From positions 352,001 through 416,000 of the forward strand of contig OY759316.1 in NCBI GenBank assembly GCA_963662275.1: a stretch of DNA of 64,000 nucleotides, given 5' to 3'. Every line of letters starts with the position of its first letter. The stretch's first letter is position 1. Positions 1-10,497 of this stretch are shown one piece after another. The notes under the pieces are model-generated. The model did no database searches, was not told where the DNA came from, and saw only the letters and a list, made by a program, of their open reading frames with translations. A program made the translations under genes and the position numbers. The stretch is from Candidatus Cloacimonadales bacterium (GTDB lineage: Bacteria; Cloacimonadota; Cloacimonadia; Cloacimonadales; DAONDQ01).

Positions 1-17
1 GTAGTTAAATGCATCAT
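1..17 (-). CDS. Possible 5' end of a gene running off the left edge (MMHLT...)
   Basis: Minus strand AGAAAGGA SD followed by ATG ATG CAT TTA ACT; only 5 full codons visible. Confidence 0.35.
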
Positions 18-234
18 AGTGATCCTTTCTTCATTCATACAGCGTTTCTAAAAACTACATTTGCTGCACTGGAGAATCGATATTAAAAGATACTCAACAA
101 TCTCTTACACGGCACTGAACCATCTCTCATATCCTGAGAGAATTTTATGTGTATCCTGAGGGAGTCTTTCATGTAGCTTGTAGGAGAAGAACAGTGAATC
201 AAACTCTCCCCTACAAGATGCAATTTTATGTCGC

Positions 235-666
235 AGTCCACAGGACGTTACTCTGTTAGCCCAGGAAGTCCTTCCTGGGTTTGAGAGGATTCACTACGGT
301 TTGAGTCCGTCAGGACGGCACTGACTTATACCGGAGCAATCAACTGATTCATAACGTGGAGTAGGATTCCGATCCTACTAAACGCGAGACTATAGATAAT
401 AAACAGTTCAATGCACAATGTTTTTCATAACCATCCACATTAATTTTAACAAAAGCTACGAGTTCAGTAGGATCGGAATCCTACTCCACGGTTCAATATG
501 AATTTCACAATTGTACCATAACTTTGTAAGCTGTTATGTTATTGGGATTGCATCCCAATGACTCTGCAGACTCCTGATGTTACATACTTCAGGAGAAAAC
601 AAGATACAATCTTATGCAATAGTCCGAAGGACGTTACTCTGCTAGCCCAGGAAGTCCTTCCTGGGT
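235..666 (+). repeat. REP-like family A (AGTCCNNAGGACGTTACTCTGYTAGCCCAGGAAGTCCTTCCTGGGT), copies 235-280 and 621-666; inverted relative at 9864-9909
   Basis: Near-identical 46-bp copies with internal CCCAGGAAG/CTTCCTGGG palindrome. Confidence 0.75.
355..490. repeat. REP-like family B inverted pair (CGTGGAGTAGGATTCCGATCCTACT)
   Basis: Perfect 25-bp inverted pair 355-379/466-490; further copies 9921-9945 and 39287-39381. Confidence 0.8.
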
Positions 667-687
667 AATGGGTATACAGTTGGGAAT

Positions 688-713
688 GTAGGGGGCCGCG
701 TCAGCAGACCCGC
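688..713 (+). repeat. REP-like family C (GTAGGGGKCCGCGTCAGCAGACCCGC)
   Basis: Near-identical copy at 40511-40536. Confidence 0.7.
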
Positions 714-1241
714 TTTGGTTCTGAGTCCGGTCGGAAGGCACAAATGAGAACAATAAACCGAGTATCATAGTTTGGGCACTGTTTTAATTAAGTATCTTTA
801 CTAATTATGGGATGAGTACAACCAATAAAATATGTACACCCAAGTGGATAAGTAACTTCTACTTTTTATTCATATGCCTTTTCAAGCATTTTTCTAACAA
901 CCGAATTGTTGGTGGGGAGATTATCTAACCTCCAATTAATGTTAAAATGAATTTCATCATAACTCCTTTTGTGTTTGAAGATGCCCTCACTATGATCTAT
1001 TGTAAATATCTATTGAACTAACCCTACATACATTATCGAAGGGTTCAAATTATAACAGGATTCTAAATTCAAATGAACATAAGTATTTTCTTTACAATAT
1101 CCTAACTGCATATTAAAAACGTATTTATACTCATTATAACTGAGCTCACAACCACAAAAGAATAGGCATTGATAGATACAGTAGAAAAAAAACTGCATAT
1201 TGCTTGACACGTTTTCATCTTTCATTTATTAGTCTCCCTAT

Positions 1242-1835
1242 ATGAATAAGAATCAAACTACTCAAACAACAACACTCAGCGAGATCGCTGAAATCCGAAT
1301 CGGATACCAGTCAAGGTCTGCCATTGAATCAGATCAGGCTGGTTCATATTACCTGGTGCAAGGGAAAGATATCCAATCCAACCTGATCATTGACTGGGAT
1401 AGCGTGGGCAGGTTCAGTCCGGGTGACAATCCATTAAAGGCTCTTATTGAAAAGGATGATATTCTGTTTTTAGCAAGGGGTAATTACAATATTGCCGTTC
1501 ACGTCAAAGATCATATACCAAAAGCTGTGGCTGGTGGTTCTTTATTTATCTTACGTTTGAAGAGTGACAGCGTACTACCAGGCTTTGTTGCCTGGTGGCT
1601 GAATTCTGATAAGATAAAAGTCCTCATGATCAATCAGCGTTCCGGTACGAGTATTCCGTTTATCAGCAAAGCCATGTTGACAGATTTGGTTATAGCGATA
1701 CCTGATTTGGCTACACAGCAAAGAATAGTCACAATTGATGCCTTGCTGAAGAAAGAAATCGAGTTGAATGCAAAGCTCATCGAAGAAAAACAGAAATTGA
1801 TCAATAACATATGTAACCAGGTTTTAAACAGTTAG
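1242..1835 (+). CDS. Half-size (single TRD) type I RM specificity-subunit-like protein
   Basis: TLSEIAEIRIG start, DILF, GTSIPFIS, IPDLATQQRIV plus C-terminal coiled coil; directly upstream of hsdM. Confidence 0.8.
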   Translation: MNKNQTTQTTTLSEIAEIRIGYQSRSAIESDQAGSYYLVQGKDIQSNLIIDWDSVGRFSPGDNPLKALIEKDDILFLARGNYNIAVHVKDHIPKAVAGGSLFILRLKSDSVLPGFVAWWLNSDKIKVLMINQRSGTSIPFISKAMLTDLVIAIPDLATQQRIVTIDALLKKEIELNAKLIEEKQKLINNICNQVLNS

Positions 1836-1843
1836 GAGTTTTT

Positions 1844-3376
1844 ATGCCAATACAAGTAACACCAGAAGAAATTAAAAAGACAGTTTGGGATGCCTGTGGA
1901 ACTTTCAGAGGTTCTGTCGATCCATCCAATTACAAGAATTATATTCTGACCATGCTGTTCATCAAATACATGAGTGACCTTTGGAAAGACAGACGAGCAG
2001 AATACGCAGATCGCTATGAAGGTGATATTGAACGTATTGAACGTGCCCTGAAGCGTGAAAGGTTTATCGTTCCTGCTGAAACCGAGTTTGACTATCTCTA
2101 TTCCAAACGAAATGAATCCAATATCGGTGAGATTATTAACACAGCTCTTCATAGCCTGGAAGATGAAAATAAGTCCAAACTGGAAAATGTCTTTGGGAAT
2201 GTGGATTTTAATAGTGAATCAGCTTTGGGTGAACCTAAAGAGAAGAACCGCAGACTTAAAAATTTGCTGGAAGATTTTTATAATCCCAAATTGGATTTCC
2301 GCATTTCGCATATCGGTAATCGTGATGTAATTGGTGATGTCTATGAATTCCTGATTGGTAAATTCGCTGCAGATGCTGGTCAGAAAGCAGGTGAGTTCTA
2401 CACTCCCCCCGAAGTTTCGGAACTGCTGGCAAGACTGGTCAATGCAAGAAAAGGTGATAAGATATGTGACCCGGCATGTGGTTCCGGTTCTTTATTGATC
2501 AAGGTAGCTCAAAGAATCGAAGGCAATAATTTCTTCCTCGCTGGACAGGAATCGAATGGCTCCACCTGGTCATTATGCCGCATGAATATGTTCCTGCATG
2601 AAATGGACAATGCCCGGATTGAATGGTGTGATACGATCAATAACCCGAAATTATTGGAAAATGATGAACTGATGAGATTTGATATCGTAGTTGCCAATCC
2701 GCCTTTCTCTTTGGAAAAGTGGGGACATGAGGAAGCTGCTCATGACAGATTCAATCGCTTCTATCGGGGTATCCCACCGAAAAGCAGGGGTGATTATGCC
2801 TTCATTTCTCACATGGTGTCTATTGCCATGGAAGGAAAAGGCAAGGTTGGTGTCATTGTTCCACACGGTGTCTTATTTCGGGGTGGAACAGAAGGCATTA
2901 TTCGCAAGAGATTCATAGAGGAAAATATACTGGAAGCAGTTATCGGTTTGCCTGAAAAGTTGTTTTATGGTACCGGCATACCTGCTGCTATCCTGCTGTT
3001 CAACAAGGGAAGAAAGCCTTGGGATAAGTCAGATTCACCTAAAGATGATCATATTCTATTTATCGATGCAAGCCGTGATTTTGATGGAACTAAGAAGCAA
3101 AACAAACTCCGAGAAGAAGATATTGAGAAGATAATCCGTACTTTCATTTCATTTGAAAAAATACCCAAATACTCACATTTGGCAACTCTCGACGAAATCA
3201 AGGAAGCAGATTATAATCTGAATATCCCTCTCTATGTGGATACCTATGAGGAAGAGGAAGAGATCGATATCAGGGAAGTACAAACCGAAATTAAGCGTAT
3301 TGAAAATGAACTGGAAACCACTAGGGAAAAAATCAACAAATATTTGAAAGAATTGGGGCTGGATAATGAACAATAA
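1844..3376 (+). CDS. hsdM: Type I RM N6-adenine methyltransferase subunit M
   Basis: GEFYTP, DPACGSG (SAM binding), VANPPF catalytic motif, HGVLFRG. Confidence 0.97.
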   Translation: MPIQVTPEEIKKTVWDACGTFRGSVDPSNYKNYILTMLFIKYMSDLWKDRRAEYADRYEGDIERIERALKRERFIVPAETEFDYLYSKRNESNIGEIINTALHSLEDENKSKLENVFGNVDFNSESALGEPKEKNRRLKNLLEDFYNPKLDFRISHIGNRDVIGDVYEFLIGKFAADAGQKAGEFYTPPEVSELLARLVNARKGDKICDPACGSGSLLIKVAQRIEGNNFFLAGQESNGSTWSLCRMNMFLHEMDNARIEWCDTINNPKLLENDELMRFDIVVANPPFSLEKWGHEEAAHDRFNRFYRGIPPKSRGDYAFISHMVSIAMEGKGKVGVIVPHGVLFRGGTEGIIRKRFIEENILEAVIGLPEKLFYGTGIPAAILLFNKGRKPWDKSDSPKDDHILFIDASRDFDGTKKQNKLREEDIEKIIRTFISFEKIPKYSHLATLDEIKEADYNLNIPLYVDTYEEEEEIDIREVQTEIKRIENELETTREKINKYLKELGLDNEQ

Positions 3377-4376
3377 TACTGTTGTCCCTAATTCCAATCT
3401 GCTGTTATTTCAAACAGAAGATGGCGCCACCAGGATTGAAGTGAAGTTCGAAGATGAGAATGTTTGGCTAAACCAAAAAGGATTGGCGGAGTTGTTTCAA
3501 ACCACACCGCAAAACATAACTCTCCACATCAGAAACATTTATACTGATAGAGAATTGCCCATTGAGGCAACTTGTAAGGAATACTTACAAGTTCAAAATG
3601 AGGGTGGCAGAAATGTAAGTCGTTCCATGTCCTATTATAATCTGGAAATGATACTGGCGATTGGCTATAGGGTTCGTTCACTGCGTGGTACACAATTCAG
3701 AAGATGGGCAACGGAACATTTGCGTGAATTCCTCGTTAAGGGTTTTGTGATGGATGATAAGCGTCTCAAGGAAGAAAGGAATCTTGGATCTGATTATTTT
3801 GAAGAGTTATTGGAACGTATCCGGGATATCAGGGCATCCGAGAAGAGATTCTATCGTAAAATTACTGATATTTACAGTCTCTCTATTGACTATGATCCCA
3901 ATTCAGAGACGGCAAAAGAGTTTTTCCAGACAGTTCAGAATAAACTGCATTGGGCTATCACAGGTCATACTGCTGCGGAACTGATAGCGGAAAGGTCGAA
4001 TGCTGAACAGCCTAATATGGGACTCACTGCTTGGAAAGAGAGTAAAATCAGGAAGAACGACGTGACTGTGGCTAAAAACTACCTGACTGAAGAAGAATTG
4101 AAAAGCCTGAATCGAATTGTCACCATGTACCTTGATTATGCAGAAGACCAGGCAGAACGGCAATCCCCTATGTATATGAAGGATTGGAAAGAAAAACTGG
4201 ATGCCTTCCTCCGTTTCAATGGTCGTGAAGTGCTGGATAATGCGGGAAAAGTCTCTGCTGAGATAGCCCATTCTCTTGCTCTTCATGAACTTGATAAATA
4301 CAAAGCCAATCGGATTCAGGAAGATAATGCCAAACCTGATCCTCAATTTGACCAAGCTGTGAAGGATCTGAAGTGA
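3366..4376 (+). CDS. RhuM-family (virulence RhuM-like) putative DNA-binding protein
   Basis: VWLNQKGLAELF, YYNLEMILAIGYRVRS, TQFRRWAT, RIRDIRASE, VQNKLHWA, AKNYL family motifs. Confidence 0.9.
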   Translation: MNNNTVVPNSNLLLFQTEDGATRIEVKFEDENVWLNQKGLAELFQTTPQNITLHIRNIYTDRELPIEATCKEYLQVQNEGGRNVSRSMSYYNLEMILAIGYRVRSLRGTQFRRWATEHLREFLVKGFVMDDKRLKEERNLGSDYFEELLERIRDIRASEKRFYRKITDIYSLSIDYDPNSETAKEFFQTVQNKLHWAITGHTAAELIAERSNAEQPNMGLTAWKESKIRKNDVTVAKNYLTEEELKSLNRIVTMYLDYAEDQAERQSPMYMKDWKEKLDAFLRFNGREVLDNAGKVSAEIAHSLALHELDKYKANRIQEDNAKPDPQFDQAVKDLK

Positions 4377-5605
4377 GCAAGGTGAATATAAATAGACCCA
4401 GTTACAAGCATACTAAAATTGGATGGATACCAGAAGAGTGGTATGTTGAAGATTTGGGACAATTTATTAAATTGTCGAGTGGTGAAACGAGACCAGCATA
4501 CTACAATGAGTATGACTTAGGTGAAGATCATTTCCCAATATATGGGGGTAATGGGATTATTGGATATACGCATTTATATAATTCTGATTCTGAAACAATA
4601 ATCATTGGAAGAGTTGGTGAAAAGTGCGGATGCGTTTATAGAGTTTCAGGTAAAGTATTTATTACGGATAATGCCCTATATATTAAACAATGGCTAAAAG
4701 AAATCAATCCTGATTTTGTAGCATTGTTTTTATTAGATTTTAATGTCTCTAGGCTTAGAAGTAAAGGTGGTCAGCCACTAGTATCACAACAACCTATTTA
4801 CAAAATTAAACTCGTTATTCCTCCATTACCAGAACAACAGAACATTGCTGCCATTATTTCGGCTTGGGATAGGGCAATAGAACAAACCACAAGATTAATT
4901 GAAGCAAAGAAAAAACAGAAAAAAGGATTGATGCAGCAGTTACTGACTGGGAAGATGAGATTTCGGCAGTTTGGGAAGCCTGTTGGTCATATTGGTGAAG
5001 TGCCGGAAGGATGGAGAAGATACCATATCATTGATATAGCGAACGAAGTAATGACCAGAAATAAAACTTCTGAGATTCTTCCCTTTTTATCATGCTCCAA
5101 ATACAAAGGATTTGTCAATTCAGATGATTATTTTAGTAAACAGACATACAGTAAAAATTCTTCAAATTATAAGGTAATTAAGAAAGGACAGTTCGGTTTC
5201 CCCACAAATCACGTTGAAGAAGGTTCAATTGGTTATTTAGAACATCAGGAAAAAGGACTTCTAAGTCCTATTTATGTAGTTTTCAAAGTTGACCATGATA
5301 AGGTCGATGGGAAGTATCTCTATTGTCTGCTGAAATCTGATCTGTTTAAACATATCTTTGGTAAAATGACAAATGCCTCTGTTAATAGGAGAGGTAGCTT
5401 AAGATGGAACGGTTTCTCCAGAATAGCAGTTTCTTTACCCAACTTACAAGAACAACAGATGATCTCAAAACTAAATAACTTACTGGATTCAGAAATTGAA
5501 ATATTGATTCATAACCTGAATCAGATGAAGAATCAGAAACAATATCTGCTAGATAAGTTGCTAACAGGTGAAATTAGAGTAAACTTCTTTGAATATAGGT
5601 TGTAG
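4373..5605 (+). CDS. hsdS: Type I RM specificity subunit S (two TRDs)
   Basis: YKHTKIGWIPEEW, PPLPEQQNIA, KKGLMQQLLTG, LPNLQEQQ, KLLTGEIRV; GTG start overlaps the rhuM stop. Confidence 0.95.
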   Translation: MSKVNINRPSYKHTKIGWIPEEWYVEDLGQFIKLSSGETRPAYYNEYDLGEDHFPIYGGNGIIGYTHLYNSDSETIIIGRVGEKCGCVYRVSGKVFITDNALYIKQWLKEINPDFVALFLLDFNVSRLRSKGGQPLVSQQPIYKIKLVIPPLPEQQNIAAIISAWDRAIEQTTRLIEAKKKQKKGLMQQLLTGKMRFRQFGKPVGHIGEVPEGWRRYHIIDIANEVMTRNKTSEILPFLSCSKYKGFVNSDDYFSKQTYSKNSSNYKVIKKGQFGFPTNHVEEGSIGYLEHQEKGLLSPIYVVFKVDHDKVDGKYLYCLLKSDLFKHIFGKMTNASVNRRGSLRWNGFSRIAVSLPNLQEQQMISKLNNLLDSEIEILIHNLNQMKNQKQYLLDKLLTGEIRVNFFEYRL

Positions 5606-5650
5606 CTACTAAAGATGAAAATATGGATTTTAAGTCAACAGTAGCAGAAT

Positions 5651-5765
5651 CAAACTCTCCCTTAATCCCTCCCTTTATCCAAAGGGAGGGAAACCAGACA
5701 GGATGCGCTTTACCCATTCCTCTCTTTGGATAAAGAGAGGTGGCACTTTAGTGTTGGAGAGTTTG
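5651..5765. repeat. REP-like family D palindromic element between hsdS and hsdR
   Basis: Terminal IR CAAACTCTCC/GGAGAGTTTG; internal hairpins CCCTCCCTTT-atcc-AAAGGGAGGG and CCTCTCTTT-ggat-AAAGAGAGG. Confidence 0.65.
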
Positions 5766-5887
5766 AAAAGCTGAATATGAACATTATATCGGTTTTGAAG
5801 TCCATTTGCCCTTGTAGTCTAATATTCAATGATAGTCAGTTTGGGCAATTGAACTCCAAAATCCTTAACTTTGATTAAGGAGCATGA

Positions 5888-8800
5888 ATGCCAAGATTAG
5901 ATGAAGATTCTGTTTCCACCGTTCCAGCTTTGTTATTACTGCAAAATATTGGTTATGAGCTATTAACAGAAGATGAGGCATTCAAGCTACGAGGTAATCG
6001 GCTGAACAATGTCATCCTGGATGGCATCCTTATCCCATGGTTGAGGGAACATAATCATATTGAGTATAAAGGTCAGAAGATTCCTTTTACGGAAGGGAAT
6101 ATTGTGAATGCAGCCAATGCCCTGAAAGAACTTCCTTTTGATGGTTTGATCCGGACGAATGAACGCATCTATGACCTTCTCTGCCTTGGGAAAAGCATGC
6201 AGCAGACAGTTAATAATGATCTGAACAGTTTTGACATCAAATACATCGATTGGGAAAATCCTGCTAACAATGTATATCACGTTACTACTCAATATGAAGT
6301 TGAACGGACTGCTTCCAATGCTACGAGAATACCGGATATCGTTCTCTTTGTGAATGGCATTCCCTTTGTCATCATCGAATGTAAATCACCCCATATAAAA
6401 GATCCGATAAAAGAGGCAATCTCACAGCATATTCGCAATCAAAAAGAGGAAGAAATACCTAAGTTATTCCTCTATTCCCAGCTTCTATTGTCACTTTCCA
6501 AGAATGAAGCGAAGTATGCTACAACAGGCACTTCGATGAAGTATTGGGCAGTTTGGAAAGAAGAGACACCGGGTTTTGAGCAGGAAGTTGCGGCAAAAAC
6601 TAATGTATCTCTTTCCGGTGCGCAATTAGATGATTTCTTTAGAAAATGCGATGTCGTGTCAGACAACCATGAAGCTTATATCAATAGGAAAACTACAGGG
6701 CAGGACAGGATTCTTTATGCTTTATGCAGACCCGAAAGATTGATGGAACTCGTCTATCGTAACATCCTGTTTGATGCAGGAGAAAAGAAGATAGCCCGTT
6801 ACCAGCAGTACTTCTGTATACAGAAAATCATGTCCCGGATTCATACGAATAACGCAGAAGGTCATCGCCAGGGTGGGGTTGTCTGGCATACCCAGGGAAG
6901 CGGTAAATCCCTCACGATGGTGATGCTGGCAAAAGCTATCGCCTTAGATAAGGAAATCGCGGAAAGCAGGATCGTGCTGGTAACTGATCGTATAGATCTG
7001 GACGACCAGATTTGGGGAACTTTTAAGGATTGCGGGAAAGAAGTTGTGAAAGCAGAAAGCGGCACCCATCTCTCCAAATTATTAACAACAAAAAAAGATA
7101 GTATCATTACTACCGTAATCAATAAATTCGACGCTGCCTTAGGGAGACATGCCGTCAGGAATGAAGACCCGAATATCTTCGTACTGGTGGATGAAGGACA
7201 TAGAAGCCAATATGGGACGATCAATGTCAGTATGAGAAGGGTCTTGCCCAATGCCTGCTATATCGGTTTTACCGGAACACCGATCATGAAAAAGGAAATG
7301 AACACTATCCAGAAGTTTGGTGGATTGATCGATACTTATACCATAGACAAAGCGGTGCAGGATAAAGCTGTTGTACCCTTGCTGTATGAAGGCAGGCATG
7401 TTTCGCAAACCCTCAATGAAGAGCCAATCGATAGCTGGTTTGAACGTATTACAACCGGATTAAGTGATTCACAGAAGACAGATTTAAAACGTAAGTTCGC
7501 AACCACAGATCAACTCAACAAAGCAGAGCAGAAAGTCATGCGGATTGCCTGGGATATTAGCGAGCATTTCAAAAAGAATTGGCAGGGAACAGGCTTTAAA
7601 GCGCAATTAGTAGCACAGGATAAAGCGACAGCACTGCTTTATAAGAGATATCTCGATGAATTTGGGATGGTCAATTCTGAAGTACTGATTTCCGGTCCTG
7701 ATGATCGTGAAGGTGAAGATGATATCTATAAGGAAAACAAAGAAGAAGTGATTCGTTTCTGGAAAGTCATGATGCAGAAGTATGGCAATGAAAAAAACTA
7801 CAATAAAATACTCATCAGTGCTTTTAAATCTTCTGATAATCCTGAAATCATCATCGTTGTCGATAAGCTACTCACAGGCTTTGATGCCCCGAGGAATACC
7901 GTTCTGTACTTAACAAGGAAACTCAAGGATCACACACTATTACAGGCGATCGCCCGTGTGAACAGGTTATTCGATGGGAAGGATTTTGGATTCATACTCG
8001 ATTATCGGGGTGTGTTGGAAAACCTGAACCAAGCATTAGACCTGTATTCTGAACTATCAGATTTTGATCAGGCTGATTTGGAGAATACCTGGATTGATAT
8101 TGAAAAGGAAATAGCGACCATCGGACAAAAGCATTCTGAGTTGTTGTCGATATTCAATGAAGTTCAGAATAAGTCTGATGAAGAGCAATATGAGCTATTG
8201 CTTGCAGATAAGCAGGTTCGAGATAATTTCTATGAAAAACTCTCTGCTTTTGCGAAAGTATTTTCCATTGCCATTGCCAGCGTCCAGTTCATGGAACATA
8301 CAGATACGAAATTAATAGATCGGTACAAATCAGATTTACTCTTCTTTATGAAACTGCGACGCTCTGTGAGCCAGAGATATGCTGATACCGTTGATTTCGG
8401 TGAGTACGAAACGAAAATCCAGAAGCTGATCAATATGTATGTAGGAACAGGAGGGTTGGTTCAAATAACCGAACAAGTGAATATCTTTGATAAAGATGCC
8501 TTTAAATTGGAAGTGGACAGTCTTCATAATGTGGGAGCCAAAGCTGACGCCATTGCGCACAGGACGGCGAAGACGATATCTGAACATTATGAAGAAGATC
8601 CTGTTTATTATAGGAAATTCTCTGAAATGCTGAAACAGGCTATTGATGAGTATCATCATCAGCGCATCCAGGACTCTGAATATCTGCAGAGAGTTCAGGG
8701 AATCATGGATAAGATCATCACCAGGAGCGGGGATAATATTCCTATCCGTCTGCAGTCAGAGGATACTGCCAAAGCATATTATGGCGTGTTGAAGGATGTA

Positions 8801-9043
8801 TTGGATAAAAATGAAAGCTCAGAAGAAAAACTAGCGGAGTTGGCAATCACGATAGATGGGATAATCAAATCTGAAAAAATCGTGAATTGGTCGCACAACA
8901 ATGACGTTCAGAATAAAATGAAAAACCGCTTGGAAGACGAGATATTCAAGTTCAGGAAGCAAAATGATTTGGTAATTACTTTCGATGAGATAGATGAAAT
9001 TATGGAACAATGTATCAAAATAGCTAAAGTAAGGATTCCATAG
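5888..9043 (+). CDS. hsdR: Type I RM restriction subunit R
   Basis: PD..ECK nuclease motif, HTQGSGKS Walker A, DEGHRSQ, GFTGTP, LLTGFD, QAIARVNR. Confidence 0.97.
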   Translation: MPRLDEDSVSTVPALLLLQNIGYELLTEDEAFKLRGNRLNNVILDGILIPWLREHNHIEYKGQKIPFTEGNIVNAANALKELPFDGLIRTNERIYDLLCLGKSMQQTVNNDLNSFDIKYIDWENPANNVYHVTTQYEVERTASNATRIPDIVLFVNGIPFVIIECKSPHIKDPIKEAISQHIRNQKEEEIPKLFLYSQLLLSLSKNEAKYATTGTSMKYWAVWKEETPGFEQEVAAKTNVSLSGAQLDDFFRKCDVVSDNHEAYINRKTTGQDRILYALCRPERLMELVYRNILFDAGEKKIARYQQYFCIQKIMSRIHTNNAEGHRQGGVVWHTQGSGKSLTMVMLAKAIALDKEIAESRIVLVTDRIDLDDQIWGTFKDCGKEVVKAESGTHLSKLLTTKKDSIITTVINKFDAALGRHAVRNEDPNIFVLVDEGHRSQYGTINVSMRRVLPNACYIGFTGTPIMKKEMNTIQKFGGLIDTYTIDKAVQDKAVVPLLYEGRHVSQTLNEEPIDSWFERITTGLSDSQKTDLKRKFATTDQLNKAEQKVMRIAWDISEHFKKNWQGTGFKAQLVAQDKATALLYKRYLDEFGMVNSEVLISGPDDREGEDDIYKENKEEVIRFWKVMMQKYGNEKNYNKILISAFKSSDNPEIIIVVDKLLTGFDAPRNTVLYLTRKLKDHTLLQAIARVNRLFDGKDFGFILDYRGVLENLNQALDLYSELSDFDQADLENTWIDIEKEIATIGQKHSELLSIFNEVQNKSDEEQYELLLADKQVRDNFYEKLSAFAKVFSIAIASVQFMEHTDTKLIDRYKSDLLFFMKLRRSVSQRYADTVDFGEYETKIQKLINMYVGTGGLVQITEQVNIFDKDAFKLEVDSLHNVGAKADAIAHRTAKTISEHYEEDPVYYRKFSEMLKQAIDEYHHQRIQDSEYLQRVQGIMDKIITRSGDNIPIRLQSEDTAKAYYGVLKDVLDKNESSEEKLAELAITIDGIIKSEKIVNWSHNNDVQNKMKNRLEDEIFKFRKQNDLVITFDEIDEIMEQCIKIAKVRIP

Positions 9044-9781
9044 ATGTCGGAAGATAGCAAAGTAATTGATGATTATCATTTGAATCTATTTTATAACGGA
9101 CAAAAGTATGATATATTCTTTTTTCTCGAGGACAACCGAAAGCGAATAACGTATAAAGTTACTCCTTCTAAACAAATTCATATTACCTGTCCAATTGGTA
9201 TTAAACAAGAAAGATTTGGTTCACTGATTGAAAAAAAGAAAAAGTGGATTGTTAAACAATTAGATTTTTTCGAAGAAATGATCATGCAACCAGTGACCAG
9301 GCAATATATTAGTGGTGAAACCTATTTATATTTAGGAAGGCAATATCGTTTAAAGGTTATCGAGGGTGAGAAATCAAGCATCAAATTGATTGGTCAATTC
9401 CTTGTGATTGAGATGAGGAATGTGCATGATCTAGAATTAGCTGAAAAGTTGATGAATAGATGGTATAAAGACCATGCAATAGAATACATTCAACGAAGAA
9501 TTGAGATACATAGTAAGTATTTTGAAGAACGTTATCCATGTAAAATTGAATATAGGTACAGGTATTTACGCAAATCATGGGGTAAATGCTCGCAAAAGGG
9601 TGTTATCGTATTTAATGTGGATCTGATTAAAGCACCGGTACATTGCATCGATTATATCATTGTACATGAATTATGCCATCTCATTTGTTGGAATCATGAT
9701 CGTAAGTTTTGGGGCTTGGTATCCAGGATATTGCCCGATTGGGAAGCACGGAAGAAGAGATTGGAGAAGGTGCAGATATAG
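9044..9781 (+). CDS. M48/YgjP (DUF45, SprT-like) zinc metallopeptidase-family protein
   Basis: YLGRQYRL, WGKCS, IDYIIVHELCHL, NHDRKFW; usual position after hsdR. Confidence 0.9.
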   Translation: MSEDSKVIDDYHLNLFYNGQKYDIFFFLEDNRKRITYKVTPSKQIHITCPIGIKQERFGSLIEKKKKWIVKQLDFFEEMIMQPVTRQYISGETYLYLGRQYRLKVIEGEKSSIKLIGQFLVIEMRNVHDLELAEKLMNRWYKDHAIEYIQRRIEIHSKYFEERYPCKIEYRYRYLRKSWGKCSQKGVIVFNVDLIKAPVHCIDYIIVHELCHLICWNHDRKFWGLVSRILPDWEARKKRLEKVQI

Positions 9782-9800
9782 TGGCGTCCTACGGACTCAC

Positions 9801-9836
9801 GAGAAGTTCGAAGTGCGAAGTTCGATGTACGAAGTA
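9801..9836 (+). repeat. Heptamer tandem repeat CGAAGT(T/G/A) with purine-rich tail (family E)
   Basis: Same motif at ~47261-47300, ~54988-55022 and 59712-59927. Confidence 0.7.
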
Positions 9837-10343
9837 GCGGAGAATAGCGAGAGCAGAACATTCACCCAGAAATGAATTTCTGGGCTAGCAGAGTTTCGTC
9901 CTTCGGACTGGATAGAAGATAGTAAGATCGGAATCTTACTCCACGAAGAGAAGATAGCAGGAAAGGTATCTTGCGCAACATGAATAGCTCCCGATGCTGC
10001 TAGATCAGAGAAAAATCAATTATTACAAACTGATACTCTAAACTGCAAGAAGTGATAGATAAATATATTACTTAATTGATATATTCGATATGAAGATAGG
10101 CATGAATTGCAAAAGATTTAAACAACCACCGATTATTAATGTTGGAAAACTTATAATTCTACATCTGCAATTTGTCCAGCGTTGTTTTTGTGGTATTATC
10201 TGCAGAAATCTTGTCACAATTTGTAGTTTGGTTTGTCACATGATAGTTCTTCTCTGAATTCGTACGTTGCAATTTTCTTCTTGACAGGTTTTACTATTTC
10301 AGAATTTATCGAATCAAATAAATAAAAAGGACGGTAAAACTTC

Positions 10344-10433
10344 ATGAAGAATATGATACTTGCTCTTCAGACCCTTACCCGTGAAGGTTTTATCCACGGA
10401 AATAGGGAAAATCCGTCCATGGACAGCGTTTGA
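10344..10433 (+). CDS. Putative 29-aa leader peptide MKNMILALQTLTREGFIHGNRENPSMDSV
   Basis: AAAAGGA SD upstream; TTGACA at 10281; followed by terminator hairpins ahead of the ABC exporter. Confidence 0.5.
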   Translation: MKNMILALQTLTREGFIHGNRENPSMDSV

Positions 10434-10453
10434 TTTAAAAAAGATAGAATTTC

Positions 10454-10496
10454 AAAGCCACGGACGGAAAAAATACAGGTTCGTGGCTTTTTTTAT
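10454..10496 (+). terminator. Intrinsic terminator (attenuator candidate)
   Basis: AAAGCCACG...CGTGGCTTT stem plus T7 tract. Confidence 0.65.
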
Positions 10497-10497
10497 T

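Noticed and set aside
1242..5605. Phase-variable hsdS shufflon
   Set aside because: Both S-like genes are co-oriented; no shared inverted repeats or recombinase seen
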